NCBI GenBank assembly: GCA_963741945.1
Contig: CAVUKA010000004.1
Location: 192,001 to 256,000 of the forward strand
Source: an uncultured Gemmatimonadales bacterium
GTDB taxonomy: Bacteria > Gemmatimonadota > Gemmatimonadetes > Longimicrobiales > RSA9
Direction of reading: 5' to 3'
DNA length: 64,000 nucleotides
Within the stretch, counting starts at the first letter, position 1. Each line of letters starts with the position of its first letter. A program made the position numbers and the translations under genes. This document shows positions 17,407 to 27,978 of this stretch, in pieces. Below the pieces are notes generated by a model. The model saw only the letters and a program-made list of their open reading frames with translations, was not told the origin of the DNA and made no database searches.

Positions 17407-18648
17407 TCAGTACCGGCTCTCCAGCCCCATCACGATCCGCACCGTGTCCCGCGCGATGAGGAGCTCCTCGTCCGTGGGGATCACCCACGCCTCGAGGCGG
17501 GAGCCGTCGCGTGAGATGCGCCCGGAGGCGTCTCCGCGCGTGGTGCTGTTCGCGGCGTCGTCCATCTCGAGCCCGAGCCATTCCAGCCCTTCCATGATGC
17601 ATGCCCGGATCAACGGCGCATTCTGGCCGATCCCCCCCGTGAACACGATGGCATCCGCGCCACCCATCGCGGCCAGATAGGCGCCGACGTACTTGCGGGT
17701 GCGATAGCAGAAGATTTCGATGGCGAGGCGCGCGCGGCGATCATAGTGCTCATCCGCCTCTTCCAGCAGCTCACGCATGTCGTTGGTCAGTCCAGAGATC
17801 CCGAGCAGCCCGGACTGCTTGTTCAGGAGGTTCTCGACGCCGCGGAGATCGAGCCCTTCCTTCACCGAGATGTAGTCGAGAACCGCGGGGTCGACGTCGC
17901 CGGACCGGGTGCCCATGACCAGCCCTTCCAGGGGAGTGAAGCCCATGGAAGTGTCCACGCTGTTGCCCCCGCGGATGGCGCAGGCGGAGCAGCCGTTCCC
18001 CAGGTGCAGCGTGATGATGTTGACATCATCGCGGCTCTTCCCGGTCAGCTGCCGGTACCGGTAGGCCACATAGCGGTGGGACGTGCCATGAAACCCGTAC
18101 CGCCGGATCTTGTGGCGGCGGTAGAGGGAATACGGGATCGCGTAGAGATAGGAAGTCTCGGGCAGCGTATGGTGGAACGCCGTATCGAACACGGCCACCT
18201 GCGGCACGGCCCCGAGCGAGTCGCGCACGGCTCTCACGCCGGCGAGATTGTACGGCATGTGGAGCGGGGCCAGGTCGAGGTGCTCCTCGAGCTGCTTCAG
18301 GACGCGCTCATCGATGGCCACGGAATGGGAGAACGACTCGCCGCCGTGCACGACCCGGTGTCCCACGGCCTGGATCTCGGCGAGACTGGCGATATCCGCA
18401 CCGCTCGCGTCCGAGGTGAGCCACTTGAGGATCCAGTCGATGGAAGCCCGGATATCGCGGATCGAGGCGGTGGTGCGCGTGTCCCCCTTCGCCTCCGTCC
18501 ACAGTGACAGCACGGCTTCTCCACCGATCCGCTCGACCACCCCTCTGGCCAGCCGCTCGTCCCGGTCTCCCTCGATCCGTTCCTTGTCGGTCCGGATCAG
18601 CTGGAACTTCACGGTGGACGATCCCACGTTCAGCACCAGAACGTTCAT
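17407..18648 (-). CDS. ackA: acetate kinase
   Basis: [47 protein letters not shown]. Confidence 0.97.
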   Translation of the reverse strand: MNVLVLNVGSSTVKFQLIRTDKERIEGDRDERLARGVVERIGGEAVLSLWTEAKGDTRTTASIRDIRASIDWILKWLTSDASGADIASLAEIQAVGHRVVHGGESFSHSVAIDERVLKQLEEHLDLAPLHMPYNLAGVRAVRDSLGAVPQVAVFDTAFHHTLPETSYLYAIPYSLYRRHKIRRYGFHGTSHRYVAYRYRQLTGKSRDDVNIITLHLGNGCSACAIRGGNSVDTSMGFTPLEGLVMGTRSGDVDPAVLDYISVKEGLDLRGVENLLNKQSGLLGISGLTNDMRELLEEADEHYDRRARLAIEIFCYRTRKYVGAYLAAMGGADAIVFTGGIGQNAPLIRACIMEGLEWLGLEMDDAANSTTRGDASGRISRDGSRLEAWVIPTDEELLIARDTVRIVMGLESRY

Positions 18649-19094
18649 CTATTCCTCCAGCCCGCGTGGCGCCCGCCGTTGCCGGCGGCGCACGGGAATA
18701 TGATTGCCTCGTCGCGTCAAGATGAGCGCGCGCGCGCGGGGCGGCAATGTCGCTGGTCGAGCCGGGGAACGGCGCCCGAGCCCGCATGTATCCCGCGCTC
18801 ACGCAAGGAGATTTGGGAATTCTGCCATCTGCCATCGGGCGGTGTTGTCGGCTGGCGCAGAACGCCGGGGTCGGCTGTTCGGGGCCCTGATTGCCGCCAC
18901 TGGCCGGGCTCGCCTGCGAGCACGGCCTCCGGTTGCAGCCGGCCCACCCTGCGGGTATGATCGAGCATCCCGCACCCGCGTCTGGCCCCGAGCTTCCCCG
19001 AACTGTGCGCCCATGTTCATACGTGGACGGATGGCCTGTCCTCCGGTGATCCTCGCCACGTTGATCGTGGCGAGGCCAGCGTAGCCGACCGCTC

Positions 19095-20267
19095 ATGCGC
19101 TGCGCCCTGGTCTGGGAGAACAGGCTGGCGGGGTATCGCTTCCGTCCCGGGCACCCGATGGATCCCCGTCGCCTCGAGCTCACCGTCAGCCTGATCCGCG
19201 CACTGGGAATGGCGGGCGACGCGGACCGCCCCATCGTCGCTCCCAGGGATGCAACGGACGAAGAGCTCGCAACGGTCCACGACCCCGACTACATCGAAGC
19301 GGTGCGCGTGGTCTCCAGCGATCCGTGGGCGAGGGTCGATCGCCGCTTCGGACTGGGAACGGAGGACGTGCCCGTGATGGCACGGATGCACGAGATGTCC
19401 CGCGCCGTGGTGGGCGCCACCCTGACGGCGGCCGAGCTCGTGGCCTCCGGACAGGCCACCCGGGCGTTCGCCCCCGCCGGAGGGCTCCACCACGCCCACG
19501 CCGCGGCGGCGTCCGGCTTCTGCGTCTACAACGACCTTGCCGTGGCGATCCGCTGGCTGGAGCGTCAGAAGGGCATGCGGGTGATGTACATCGACTACGA
19601 CGGCCACCACGGCGACGGCGTCCAGTCGGTGTTCTACGACGATCCCGACGTCCTGACGGTCTCCATCCACGAGAGCGGCCTCTATCTTTTCCCCGCCTCC
19701 GGCTTCGTGGACGAGGTGGGCGATGGCGACGGTCACGGCTTCGCGGCGAACATTCCGTTGGAAGCGCAGACCGAGGACTCGTCGTTTCTGGCCGCGTTCG
19801 ACGCCGTGGTCCCGGACCTGGCGGCCGCGTTTCGGCCGGACATCATCGTCATGCAGGGCGGATGCGACGCCCACGCCCTGGACCCACTCACTCATCTCCG
19901 CTGCAGCACGGGCGTCTTCGAGGAGCTCGCGGGTCGGGTCTCCCGCCTCGCGGACCTGTACTGCGGCGGGCGCCTGGTGGCCACCGGTGGCGGGGGGTAC
20001 GCGATCCACGAAGTGGTGCCCCGGGCATGGACCCTGACCTGGGGGGCGCTGTGCGGGACGCCTGCGCCGGAAGAAGTGCCCGAGGAATGGCTCGCCGTGG
20101 TGCGCGCGGAAGCGAATCGCCCGATCCCCTCGACTCTCCGGGATCCGCCATCGCTGATCCCCGTGTCCCAGCGGCGCGATGAAGTGGAGAGATCCAATCA
20201 GCTCACAACTCAGGCGCTGCGGCGGCGGATCATGCCGCTCCTGACCGGATGGGGGCTCGCGTTTTGA
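19095..20267 (+). CDS. acuC: AcuC / histone-deacetylase family Zn-dependent deacylase
   Basis: GGLHHA, GFCVYND, DYDGHHGDG, GCDAH, GGGGY. Confidence 0.92.
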   Translation: MRCALVWENRLAGYRFRPGHPMDPRRLELTVSLIRALGMAGDADRPIVAPRDATDEELATVHDPDYIEAVRVVSSDPWARVDRRFGLGTEDVPVMARMHEMSRAVVGATLTAAELVASGQATRAFAPAGGLHHAHAAAASGFCVYNDLAVAIRWLERQKGMRVMYIDYDGHHGDGVQSVFYDDPDVLTVSIHESGLYLFPASGFVDEVGDGDGHGFAANIPLEAQTEDSSFLAAFDAVVPDLAAAFRPDIIVMQGGCDAHALDPLTHLRCSTGVFEELAGRVSRLADLYCGGRLVATGGGGYAIHEVVPRAWTLTWGALCGTPAPEEVPEEWLAVVRAEANRPIPSTLRDPPSLIPVSQRRDEVERSNQLTTQALRRRIMPLLTGWGLAF

Positions 20268-20773
20268 GCGCATCCACCGACCCGCCATTGGTACGGAACC
20301 TCCGCGACAAGGAGGGGAGGCCGTTCACGATCCGCCCGTTCGAGTCTGCGGACAGGCCGGGTCTCGACGCGATGTACGCCGAGTTCGAGCCCAAGCGCTG
20401 CGCCCAGGGCCTCCCCGCCGTGGATCCGGGGCAGCGCACCCGCTGGCTGAACGACGTCCTCGCCATGGGGGTGCACCTGCTGGTGGAGGTGGACGGCAGC
20501 GTGACCGGGCACGGGATGCTGATTCCGCTCGACCACACCGCCGCCGAACTGGCGAATTTCCTGCACCAGTCCTGCCGCGATCGGGGGATCGGAACGGCCC
20601 TTAATCGCGCACTCCTGGACGCTGCGCGGCGCGACGCTTTCCATCGAGTCTGGCTATCCGTCGAGCATTCGAACCGGCGCGCCATCCGGTCGTATGAGAA
20701 AGTGGGGTTCAAGCAGCGGCCGGTCTCGGTGTGGGCACCCGAGCTGGAAATGGAGATCACGCTGGCGCCGTAG
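20264..20773 (+). CDS. GNAT family acetyltransferase
   Basis: RDRGIGT acetyl-CoA motif, N..AIRSYEKVGF; TTG start overlaps the acuC stop. Confidence 0.85.
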   Translation: MSASTDPPLVRNLRDKEGRPFTIRPFESADRPGLDAMYAEFEPKRCAQGLPAVDPGQRTRWLNDVLAMGVHLLVEVDGSVTGHGMLIPLDHTAAELANFLHQSCRDRGIGTALNRALLDAARRDAFHRVWLSVEHSNRRAIRSYEKVGFKQRPVSVWAPELEMEITLAP

Positions 20774-20857
20774 GAGATGACCTCCTTGAATCCCGGCAGC
20801 GCGCCACCCTATCTTCGGGCGACCCTGGCAGCACCGCCCCTCCGCAAGGAGAATCGC

Positions 20858-21169
20858 ATGGCCACGAAGAAGACCGAGACGACGAAGTCGAAGTCCACCG
20901 CCAAGAAGCCCGCGGTCAAGAAGGCGGCGACGCCGAAGAAGGCGACGGGCAAGAAAGCAGCGGCGCCGAAGAAGGCAGCGGCCAAGAAAGCAGCGGCGCC
21001 GAAGAAGGCGACGGCCAGGAAGGCGGTCAAGCCCGCGGCCAAGAAGGCCACTGCGAAGAAGACTCCCGCCGGGAAGCCGGCCGCGAAGAAAGCGTCCGCG
21101 AAGAAGGTTGCGGTCGCGGCCAGGAGCGGTGTGGGGAAGGCCAAGGCGAAAATGTCGAAGAACCGCTGA
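20858..21169 (+). CDS. histone H1-like Lys/Ala/Pro-rich DNA-binding protein
   Basis: AAGGAG RBS; repeated KKAAAP / KKAT / KPAAKK units; possible own promoter TTGAAT-N18-TATCTT at 20786-20815. Confidence 0.85.
   Translation: MATKKTETTKSKSTAKKPAVKKAATPKKATGKKAAAPKKAAAKKAAAPKKATARKAVKPAAKKATAKKTPAGKPAAKKASAKKVAVAARSGVGKAKAKMSKNR
20950..21009 (+). repeat. 27-bp exact duplication with 33-bp period inside the H1-like gene
   Basis: CAAGAAAGCAGCGGCGCCGAAGAAGGC at 20950-20976 and 20983-21009. Confidence 0.85.
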
Positions 21170-21232
21170 TCCTCAGCCGATCCCCGTGAACATGGGCGGC
21201 GCGGGGAAATGGCTTCCTACCGCGCGCCCGGC

Positions 21233-23104
21233 TCAGCGCGGTCGCGCCAGCCGCCGAGTCAGAGCCGCCAGCGTACCCTGCAGCTCCGCGTGGCGCACAC
21301 CGGGCGGGAAGCAGACGTCGGCTCCGCTCTCCAGCAAACGGACACGGAGCTCCGCCGCTGCGGCGTTCAGCACCAGGATCGGGAGTGTCTCGAGCTCGCG
21401 CTCGCGGCGCAACTCCTGGATCAACGAGAGCGCCCAATCTCCGCCCTCGGTGGCCCACAGAAGCACTCCGGCGACCTGACCGCGGCGGAGGCGCTCGCGG
21501 GCGCGATCCAGGTCCGCCGCCACCTCGGCCAGGTAACCGGCGGAACAGAGCTTGACCGCGGTGGCCACGGCTTCCGCCCGGAACGGGCTGACCAGGAGGA
21601 TCTGGTGATGGCCGGGAGAATCCAGGCGTGGAGGATCCCGGCGCCCCAGCACGGTCAGCAGCGCTTCAACGACGGCAGGGTCGTATTGAAGGCTCGCACC
21701 CGCCCGAAGCTCCTCTTGCGCCTCATCAAGCTCGAGCGGCAGGCGATACGGCCGGGGCGATATCATGGCCACGAAGGAATCCGTGGCCGCGAGCACGCGC
21801 GCGAGGACGGGAATCTCCTCACCAGCGAGACCATCGGGGTACCCGTCTCCGTCCCAGCGCTCGTGATGGTGCCGGATGGCCTGTCGCACGGCCCCCGGCA
21901 GTTCCACGCCATCGAGGAGATGCAGCGTGAGATCCACGTGCTGCTCGATCCGCCGTTGCTCTTCCTGTGTCGGACCACGGTGGACGGCGGGAATCAGTCG
22001 GCCACCCACGGCCAGTCGGGCCAGGTCGCGCAGCGGGGCCGAGAGCGCCAGGTCGTGCTGCGCCGCTTCGGGAAGCCCCAGCTCTTCGGCCACGGCCGTG
22101 GCCAGGATCCGGGTTAGGCTGCTGCCACCGCGGAAAAACGGGTCCCGGTATTCCAGAAGCCCCACCAGAAGGTCCGCGAGCGTCGTCTGAGACGCGCGCG
22201 GGGGCGGTGGGGCGGAGTCGCCGGATTCCGCCACTGCTCGCAGGCGGCGCTTCGCGAACGGCGGAACGCCTCCACCAGCGTCATCCGCTGGCGGCACTCC
22301 CGCGACCGGCGCCTTTGGCCGCCACCCGAGCAGCGTCTCGAGATGCTCGCGGATCGCGAAGGCCTGGTCGGGTCCGGAGACCGGAGCGGGCGGCGGATCC
22401 GGCGTCACCGACGGGCTCGGCCTCTCGGGGGTCGCCGGGGGAATGGCACGCTCCGGCGTCGCCGACGGGCTCGCACTCCCCGGCGCCGCCGCGGCTGTGG
22501 TGTCCGGCCCATCCCAGGCCTCCCGCTCCACGGCGGCCAGCCTCGCCCGCAGACGCGGGTCTTCGGGCGAACGCTCAAGCAGTTTCCTGTAGATCCCCGC
22601 GGCGGAAGCGTAGAGACCCTGCCGGGCATAGAGCTCCGCCACCGTCTCGGTCTCGACTTCGGGAGTGCCGGTCGATCGCGCCTCCGGAGAGTGGCCGTTC
22701 CGTTCCGCTTCCATGCGGAACGTGCCATTCCCGCCGTTCGCTGGCACAGCTCGCCGTTCGGGCTCACCGATGCGGGCCTCGGGATCGGGGCCGCCCTTGG
22801 TCACGGCCATGTGGGCAAGCTGCTCCAGGGCCACCTGGTTCTCGGGATCCAGCTCCAGCACCCGCCGGAACGCCTGTTCGGCGTCGTCCACCCGGCCCTG
22901 GTCCATGTGCACTCGTGCCAGGACCACGTAGGCGCTGGCGTAGTCGGTGTGCTGCCGCAGCCCCGCCTGCAGGACGGCTTCGGCCTGCACCAAGCGGCCC
23001 GCGCGGCGATACGCGTCGGCCAGGTGGGGGAATATGAGCCCCCTGGGATGAGCCGCGTGAAGTAGCTCGAGTCGACCGATCTCGTCGCGGTTGGGTGACG
23101 CCAT
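21233..23104 (-). CDS. TPR + degenerate HD-GYP + receiver-like domain protein
   Basis: N-terminal TPRs, Pro/Ala linker, HHHERWDGDGYP retained but the HD position reads LRDLAR; C-terminal REC-like fold. Confidence 0.82.
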   Translation of the reverse strand: MASPNRDEIGRLELLHAAHPRGLIFPHLADAYRRAGRLVQAEAVLQAGLRQHTDYASAYVVLARVHMDQGRVDDAEQAFRRVLELDPENQVALEQLAHMAVTKGGPDPEARIGEPERRAVPANGGNGTFRMEAERNGHSPEARSTGTPEVETETVAELYARQGLYASAAGIYRKLLERSPEDPRLRARLAAVEREAWDGPDTTAAAAPGSASPSATPERAIPPATPERPSPSVTPDPPPAPVSGPDQAFAIREHLETLLGWRPKAPVAGVPPADDAGGGVPPFAKRRLRAVAESGDSAPPPPRASQTTLADLLVGLLEYRDPFFRGGSSLTRILATAVAEELGLPEAAQHDLALSAPLRDLARLAVGGRLIPAVHRGPTQEEQRRIEQHVDLTLHLLDGVELPGAVRQAIRHHHERWDGDGYPDGLAGEEIPVLARVLAATDSFVAMISPRPYRLPLELDEAQEELRAGASLQYDPAVVEALLTVLGRRDPPRLDSPGHHQILLVSPFRAEAVATAVKLCSAGYLAEVAADLDRARERLRRGQVAGVLLWATEGGDWALSLIQELRRERELETLPILVLNAAAAELRVRLLESGADVCFPPGVRHAELQGTLAALTRRLARPR

Positions 23105-23224
23105 ATGCCGGGTCAGTGGGACGATCACGCGGGTGTCAGTTTTCGGAATATGAGGGCGTCGCGCTGGTATTCACAAGCGCACCCGCACCGCGTCGCCTCC
23201 CACCGGGGCGCTGCGCCGGTCAGG

Positions 23225-24004
23225 TCAGAAGATGTAGACCGGCGTCCCTACCCCCACGAGCTTCGCCAGCTTGATCACGTCTTCGTTGTGCATCCGGATG
23301 CACCCGTGGCTGGCCGCATCGCCGACCGTGTTCTTGTCGTAGTAGTGCGTGCCATGGATGAGGTATCCGTCGCCGAGCGACAGCTTGACGGGTCCGAGCG
23401 CATTCGGGATGACACGCTGCGGACTGCCCAGGGGGGGGATGAAGATCTTGCCGTCGAAGATGATTTCGCTTCCCGGCGTGAACGGCCACCAGTTGCCCCA
23501 GCGGTTGGTGCGCCCCACCTGTTCGTCGCGGACCTCGATGCTGGTCCCGTCCGAGAGCTCGATGCGGTCCCCATCCTTCAGGTGAACCGGCTCCAGGTCA
23601 CGCGCCACTGCCTTTTCATAATAATGCCAGTCGGGCGGCACCCAGCTCGGGTCCTCGCGCTTGGCCAGCACGTGCCGCTCCCCCTTCGGCGTGTCAAAGC
23701 GGTACGTGCGATCCGCGAACCGGAACACCGTTCCCTTCCCGACCGCCACGGGGGCGGACAGGACGGTGTCTCCGTCCACCACCAGCCAGAGGCGACGCTG
23801 CTCCAGCGACACCAGGATCTTTCTCCCCGGATCCGCGCTCGCTACGCGCACCACGGCGCTGTCCACGCCAGTTCGCTGCTGGCTCGCTCGCGCAGCCGTC
23901 GGGCTGGCCGCCGCGAGCACCACCATCGCAAAAGTCGGCAAGCCCGCAAGGACCGCTTTCATCCGCGCCGTGCGCTGAAGCTTGTTCATCGATCCGGATT
24001 TCAT
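23225..24004 (-). CDS. L,D-transpeptidase (YkuD family)
   Basis: Signal-peptide-like N-terminus, TPKG, IHGT...ASHGCIRM; start uncertain. Confidence 0.92.
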   Translation of the reverse strand: MKSGSMNKLQRTARMKAVLAGLPTFAMVVLAAASPTAARASQQRTGVDSAVVRVASADPGRKILVSLEQRRLWLVVDGDTVLSAPVAVGKGTVFRFADRTYRFDTPKGERHVLAKREDPSWVPPDWHYYEKAVARDLEPVHLKDGDRIELSDGTSIEVRDEQVGRTNRWGNWWPFTPGSEIIFDGKIFIPPLGSPQRVIPNALGPVKLSLGDGYLIHGTHYYDKNTVGDAASHGCIRMHNEDVIKLAKLVGVGTPVYIF

Positions 24005-24168
24005 CCCTTCCACCCCGGTGCTGATCCGCCGATCTCAACCAAAATACTGCACAACACGGACCACGGAACAGCCCGGCGGAAGCGTCCATCTCCTTGCGCG
24101 ATGGGAAGTTCTCGGCTCCGGTCGCGACCGCGTGGGGGTCGACTCCCGGCTGTCCCGACATGGCCAGA

Positions 24169-25392
24169 TCAAGCCAGCTCCGGAATCGGGATCCCCCGCG
24201 TGGCCAGAACCCGCTCGAGCGTCTCGCCGACCTTGTTGTTCGGAGTCGAGGCACCCGCCGTGAATCCAATGGTCACGGGACCGGGCGGAAGCCATCCCGG
24301 CGCCTCCACCTCCGGCGTCTCCGGATCCAGGGCGGGCTTGTGACGGAGCGTGCCCGTGCCCGGATCGATGCAGCGCGCGTCGCTGATGTGGTACGTCGTG
24401 GTATACTCGCGACAGAGATGTGCGAGATGATTGGTGTTCGACGAGTTGTAGCCGCCTACGACGATCATGATGTCCGGCGGATCCTGCATCATCTCCCGTA
24501 CCGCGTCCTGCCGCTCCTGCGTTGCCGAGCAGATCGTGTCGAAGCTCCTGAAATGCTGGTCGAGGGCGTCCTCGCCATAGCGCCGAGCCAGGCTCTCTCC
24601 AATGGCGCGGGCAATGGCCAGGGACTCGTTGGCGAGCATCGTGGTCTGGTTGGCCGCGCCGATCCGGATCAGGTCCCGGTCCGGGTCGAAACCCGGCGAC
24701 GCCTTGTCGCGGAAATGCTCCACCAGGGCCGCGCGGCCCGGGGCGTGGTCGCTCGCCTCGATGTAGTCCATGAGAAGCTGGGCTTCCTCCATGTTCCGGA
24801 CGATCACGTAGCGGCCTCCATGGCGGTTCACCTGTGAGGCAGTGGCGCGCGTCTCCTCGTGACGATGCTTGCCATGGATCACGGCCGTGAAGCCATCGCG
24901 GGCGTACGAATCCACCCGCTTCCACACGTTCAGGACCGAGCCGCACGTGGTGTCCACCAGGATCGCCTCGCTGGCCTTCAGCGTCTCGAGGTCGTGCATC
25001 GTCACGCCGAACGCCGGAAGGATCACCACGTCGTCGGTGGTCACGCCCGAGAAGTCGAAGACTCCCTCCACGTCCGGATAGAGGAAGGCGATGCCCATTT
25101 CGCGCAGCCGCTCATTCACGTGCGGATTGTGGATGATCTCTCCCACGAGGAAGAGGCGACGATCCGGGAACTTCGCGGCCGCCTGATACGCATACTCCAC
25201 CGCGCGATCCACGCCGTAGCAGAACCCGAACTCCTCCGCGAGCTTCACTGTCACGTCGCCGTACCGCGCCGAGTGCCCTTCTGCCGCCTTGATCTGGGCG
25301 ACCATTGCGCTGTGGTACTCGGCATCCAGAACGGGCTGGACTTCCTGCTTCAGCCCCAGGCCGCGGCGGAAGTAGGTCTCGGATTCGGCCAT
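24169..25392 (-). CDS. ispH: 4-hydroxy-3-methylbut-2-enyl diphosphate reductase
   Basis: FGFCYGVDRA, IIHN, DTTC, NQTT, DTICSATQERQ, SSNT, TAGASTP. Confidence 0.96.
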   Translation of the reverse strand: MAESETYFRRGLGLKQEVQPVLDAEYHSAMVAQIKAAEGHSARYGDVTVKLAEEFGFCYGVDRAVEYAYQAAAKFPDRRLFLVGEIIHNPHVNERLREMGIAFLYPDVEGVFDFSGVTTDDVVILPAFGVTMHDLETLKASEAILVDTTCGSVLNVWKRVDSYARDGFTAVIHGKHRHEETRATASQVNRHGGRYVIVRNMEEAQLLMDYIEASDHAPGRAALVEHFRDKASPGFDPDRDLIRIGAANQTTMLANESLAIARAIGESLARRYGEDALDQHFRSFDTICSATQERQDAVREMMQDPPDIMIVVGGYNSSNTNHLAHLCREYTTTYHISDARCIDPGTGTLRHKPALDPETPEVEAPGWLPPGPVTIGFTAGASTPNNKVGETLERVLATRGIPIPELA

Positions 25393-25759
25393 CGACGCTC
25401 GGCGCTCCTGCATGCGGGGGGACTTGCTCCGTTGCGCAGGGACGCGTCCCCTGCGCTCGATGTGTTGAACACCCCGCGACGCCGCCCGGGTTCCCGCGAG
25501 GTCCCGGTACGAACGAGGAGCGTACTGCCGTATCTCGTTGTCGGATCGACGTATCGCGACGTTTGGTCCGTGCGCGGCCGGTGCGCGCCACGAGCGGCGT
25601 TTGAGACATGGGCGGGTGGTGCGCGACCCTCGGGCGACGATGGGGGTGCCGGAGACCGGTCCGGCTCGGCCGGGGTCGTGGCCAGGGAAAGGACCGGGTC
25701 GCGCGCGTGGGCAGGATGGCTTAGCTTATGAGGCTTTAGGTGCTCGCTGGAGGTGACGT

Positions 25760-26830
25760 TTGGACGTACGATCGGTGGAATTCCTGAAGCGGCTCCTGGA
25801 CGCTCCGGGCCCGAGCGGGTTCGAGGCCAGGGCTGCGCGTGTGTGGCGGGACGAGGCCGCAGCGTTTGCTGACACGGTCGACGCGGACGTGAGCGGCAAC
25901 TCCATGGCCACAGTGAACCCGGCCGGTGCCCCGCGGGTCATGCTGGCGGGTCATATCGACGAGATCGGCCTCATGCTGACGCACATCGACGAGGACGGTT
26001 TCCTGTATTTCGAGGGGATCGGCGGGTGGGATCCGCAGGTCCTGGTGGGGCAGCGAATCCGTCTGATCACGCAGAGCGGCGATGTGGTCGGGGTGATCGG
26101 GAAGAAGCCGATCCACCTGATCAAGGGTGACGAGAAGGAGAAGGCCTCGAAGCTCGAAGATCTCTGGATCGATGTGGGCGCGGCGAACCGGGAGGCGGCC
26201 AAGCGTCTGGGCATCCGCGTGGGCGATCCGGCCGTGATCGATGCGCCGGTGGTCGAGCTCGATGATGATCGGATCGTGAGTCGAGCGATCGACAACCGGA
26301 TCGGCGCGTTCGTGGTTCTGGAAGCGCTGCGGCTGCTGGCGGCGAAGCCGCCGCGTGCCTCGGTGACTGCGGTCGCCACCTCCCAGGAGGAGATCGGCTA
26401 CAGCGGGGGCGGGGCGCGGACGAGCGCCTACACCGTGGATCCTGACGTGGCGCTCGTCGTGGATGTGACGTTCGCTTCGGATGCGCCCGGGCTCGAGAAG
26501 AAGGAGCTCGGCGAGCACAAGCTTGGCGGCGGGCCGGTCCTGGCGCGCGGCTCGGCCGCGCACCCGGTGGTGTTCGACCGCCTGGTTGCGGTGGCGGAGC
26601 AGGAAGGCATCCCGTACACGATAGCCGCGCAGGCGCGCTTCACGTCCACGGACGCGGATGCCATCTATCTATCGCGTGCGGGCGTCGCCACCGGGCTCAT
26701 CTCGGTGCCGAACCGCTACATGCATTCGCCGAACGAAATGGTGAGCCGGATGGACCTGGAGCACGCAGCGCGGCTGATCGCTGCGTTCGTCCGGGAGCTG
26801 AGCGTGGACACGGACTTCGTTCCGAGGTAA
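25760..26830 (+). CDS. M42 family metallo-aminopeptidase
   Basis: GHIDEIG, DNR, QEEIG, TDAD, RYMHSP; GGAGG RBS before TTG. Confidence 0.93.
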   Translation: MDVRSVEFLKRLLDAPGPSGFEARAARVWRDEAAAFADTVDADVSGNSMATVNPAGAPRVMLAGHIDEIGLMLTHIDEDGFLYFEGIGGWDPQVLVGQRIRLITQSGDVVGVIGKKPIHLIKGDEKEKASKLEDLWIDVGAANREAAKRLGIRVGDPAVIDAPVVELDDDRIVSRAIDNRIGAFVVLEALRLLAAKPPRASVTAVATSQEEIGYSGGGARTSAYTVDPDVALVVDVTFASDAPGLEKKELGEHKLGGGPVLARGSAAHPVVFDRLVAVAEQEGIPYTIAAQARFTSTDADAIYLSRAGVATGLISVPNRYMHSPNEMVSRMDLEHAARLIAAFVRELSVDTDFVPR

Positions 26831-26838
26831 CGACCCGC

Positions 26839-27471
26839 GTGCGCCTGATCGACATCTCGCAGCCGCTGGGCACGGGCACTGCCGTCTGGCCCGGGGATCG
26901 CCCCTTCGAGCTCGGCTGGAGCATGCAGCGTGAGCGCGGCGAGAGCGTGGACGTGGCGACGGTCGCCCTCAGCGTCCACACGGGAACGCACGTGGACGGC
27001 CCGAGGCACACGGGCGCTGGTCCGGCTGCGGGCGAGCTCGAGCTGGCGCCATTTTACGGTCCGTGCGTGGTGGTCGACGCGCGGCCGCAGGTGGTGGGGG
27101 ATCCGCCTCTCGTCGGGGCCGGTATTCTGGAAGGCGTGGACCCGGGATGCACACCCCGGCTCCTCCTCCGGACGCGGGACACAGTGGATCCCGGCCGCTT
27201 CCCCGACCGGTTCGCGGCGCTGTCCGTGGAACTGGCGCAGGCCCTGGCGGCGCGCGGGTTCGTCCTGGTGGGGACCGACGCCCCGTCGGTGGATCCCGCG
27301 GACTCCACCGTGCTCGCCGCGCACCGCGTGCTGGCTGAAGCGGGCATCCCGAACGTGGAGAACCTGTCGCTGTCCGGGGTAGCACCGGGCGGGTACACGT
27401 TCATCGGGCTCCCGCTCCGATTGATGGAGGCAGACAGCTCGCCGATCCGGGCAGTGCTGGTGGCGGAGTAG
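26839..27471 (+). CDS. kynB: cyclase family protein / kynurenine formamidase
   Basis: HTGTHVDGP, VGTDAPSVD, ENL, DSSPIRAVL. Confidence 0.75.
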   Translation: MRLIDISQPLGTGTAVWPGDRPFELGWSMQRERGESVDVATVALSVHTGTHVDGPRHTGAGPAAGELELAPFYGPCVVVDARPQVVGDPPLVGAGILEGVDPGCTPRLLLRTRDTVDPGRFPDRFAALSVELAQALAARGFVLVGTDAPSVDPADSTVLAAHRVLAEAGIPNVENLSLSGVAPGGYTFIGLPLRLMEADSSPIRAVLVAE

Positions 27472-27505
27472 GCGCGGTCCGGATTCGCGGCGGAAGGAAG
27501 ATCGT

Positions 27506-27973
27506 GTGACGGTACCGATCGTCATCCCGTGGGACCTCTACGAGGGGAAGCTCGTGGTCTGGTGTGAGGCGGTCGCGGCCGGTGCAAGGAAGGCCGTCCT
27601 GCTTCCACGGCTGGACACGATCTTCGCGCCCGCGGAGGAGGACCCGACACGGGAGCGGGAGTACGCGTCCCTGGACTGGCGGCTGGTCTCGCCGCGAGAG
27701 CAGGACTGGGACCGGTACGCCACGATGGTGGCGGGCCATGCGGCCCGCTATGGAATCCGCCACCGCATGCAGCGGGTGGAGAACGTCGGCGAGTGGGTGG
27801 CGGGGCGGAAGGTGGTGGTGCCCCAGTATCACCTGTGGCTGTTCGGGCGGGAAGAGACGGGTGAGGAAATCGACAGGCTGTATGCCGAGTCGGACGCCGG
27901 CGAGCGGCGGCGGCTCTGGCGTGACCTGCTGGCGTGGCGAGCGCCGGCACAACCGAGGACGGAGGACGACTGA
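27506..27973 (+). CDS. hypothetical protein
   Basis: Fills the operon gap; purine-rich RBS; host-like codon usage. Confidence 0.65.
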   Translation: MTVPIVIPWDLYEGKLVVWCEAVAAGARKAVLLPRLDTIFAPAEEDPTREREYASLDWRLVSPREQDWDRYATMVAGHAARYGIRHRMQRVENVGEWVAGRKVVVPQYHLWLFGREETGEEIDRLYAESDAGERRRLWRDLLAWRAPAQPRTEDD

Positions 27974-27978
27974 GTCGA

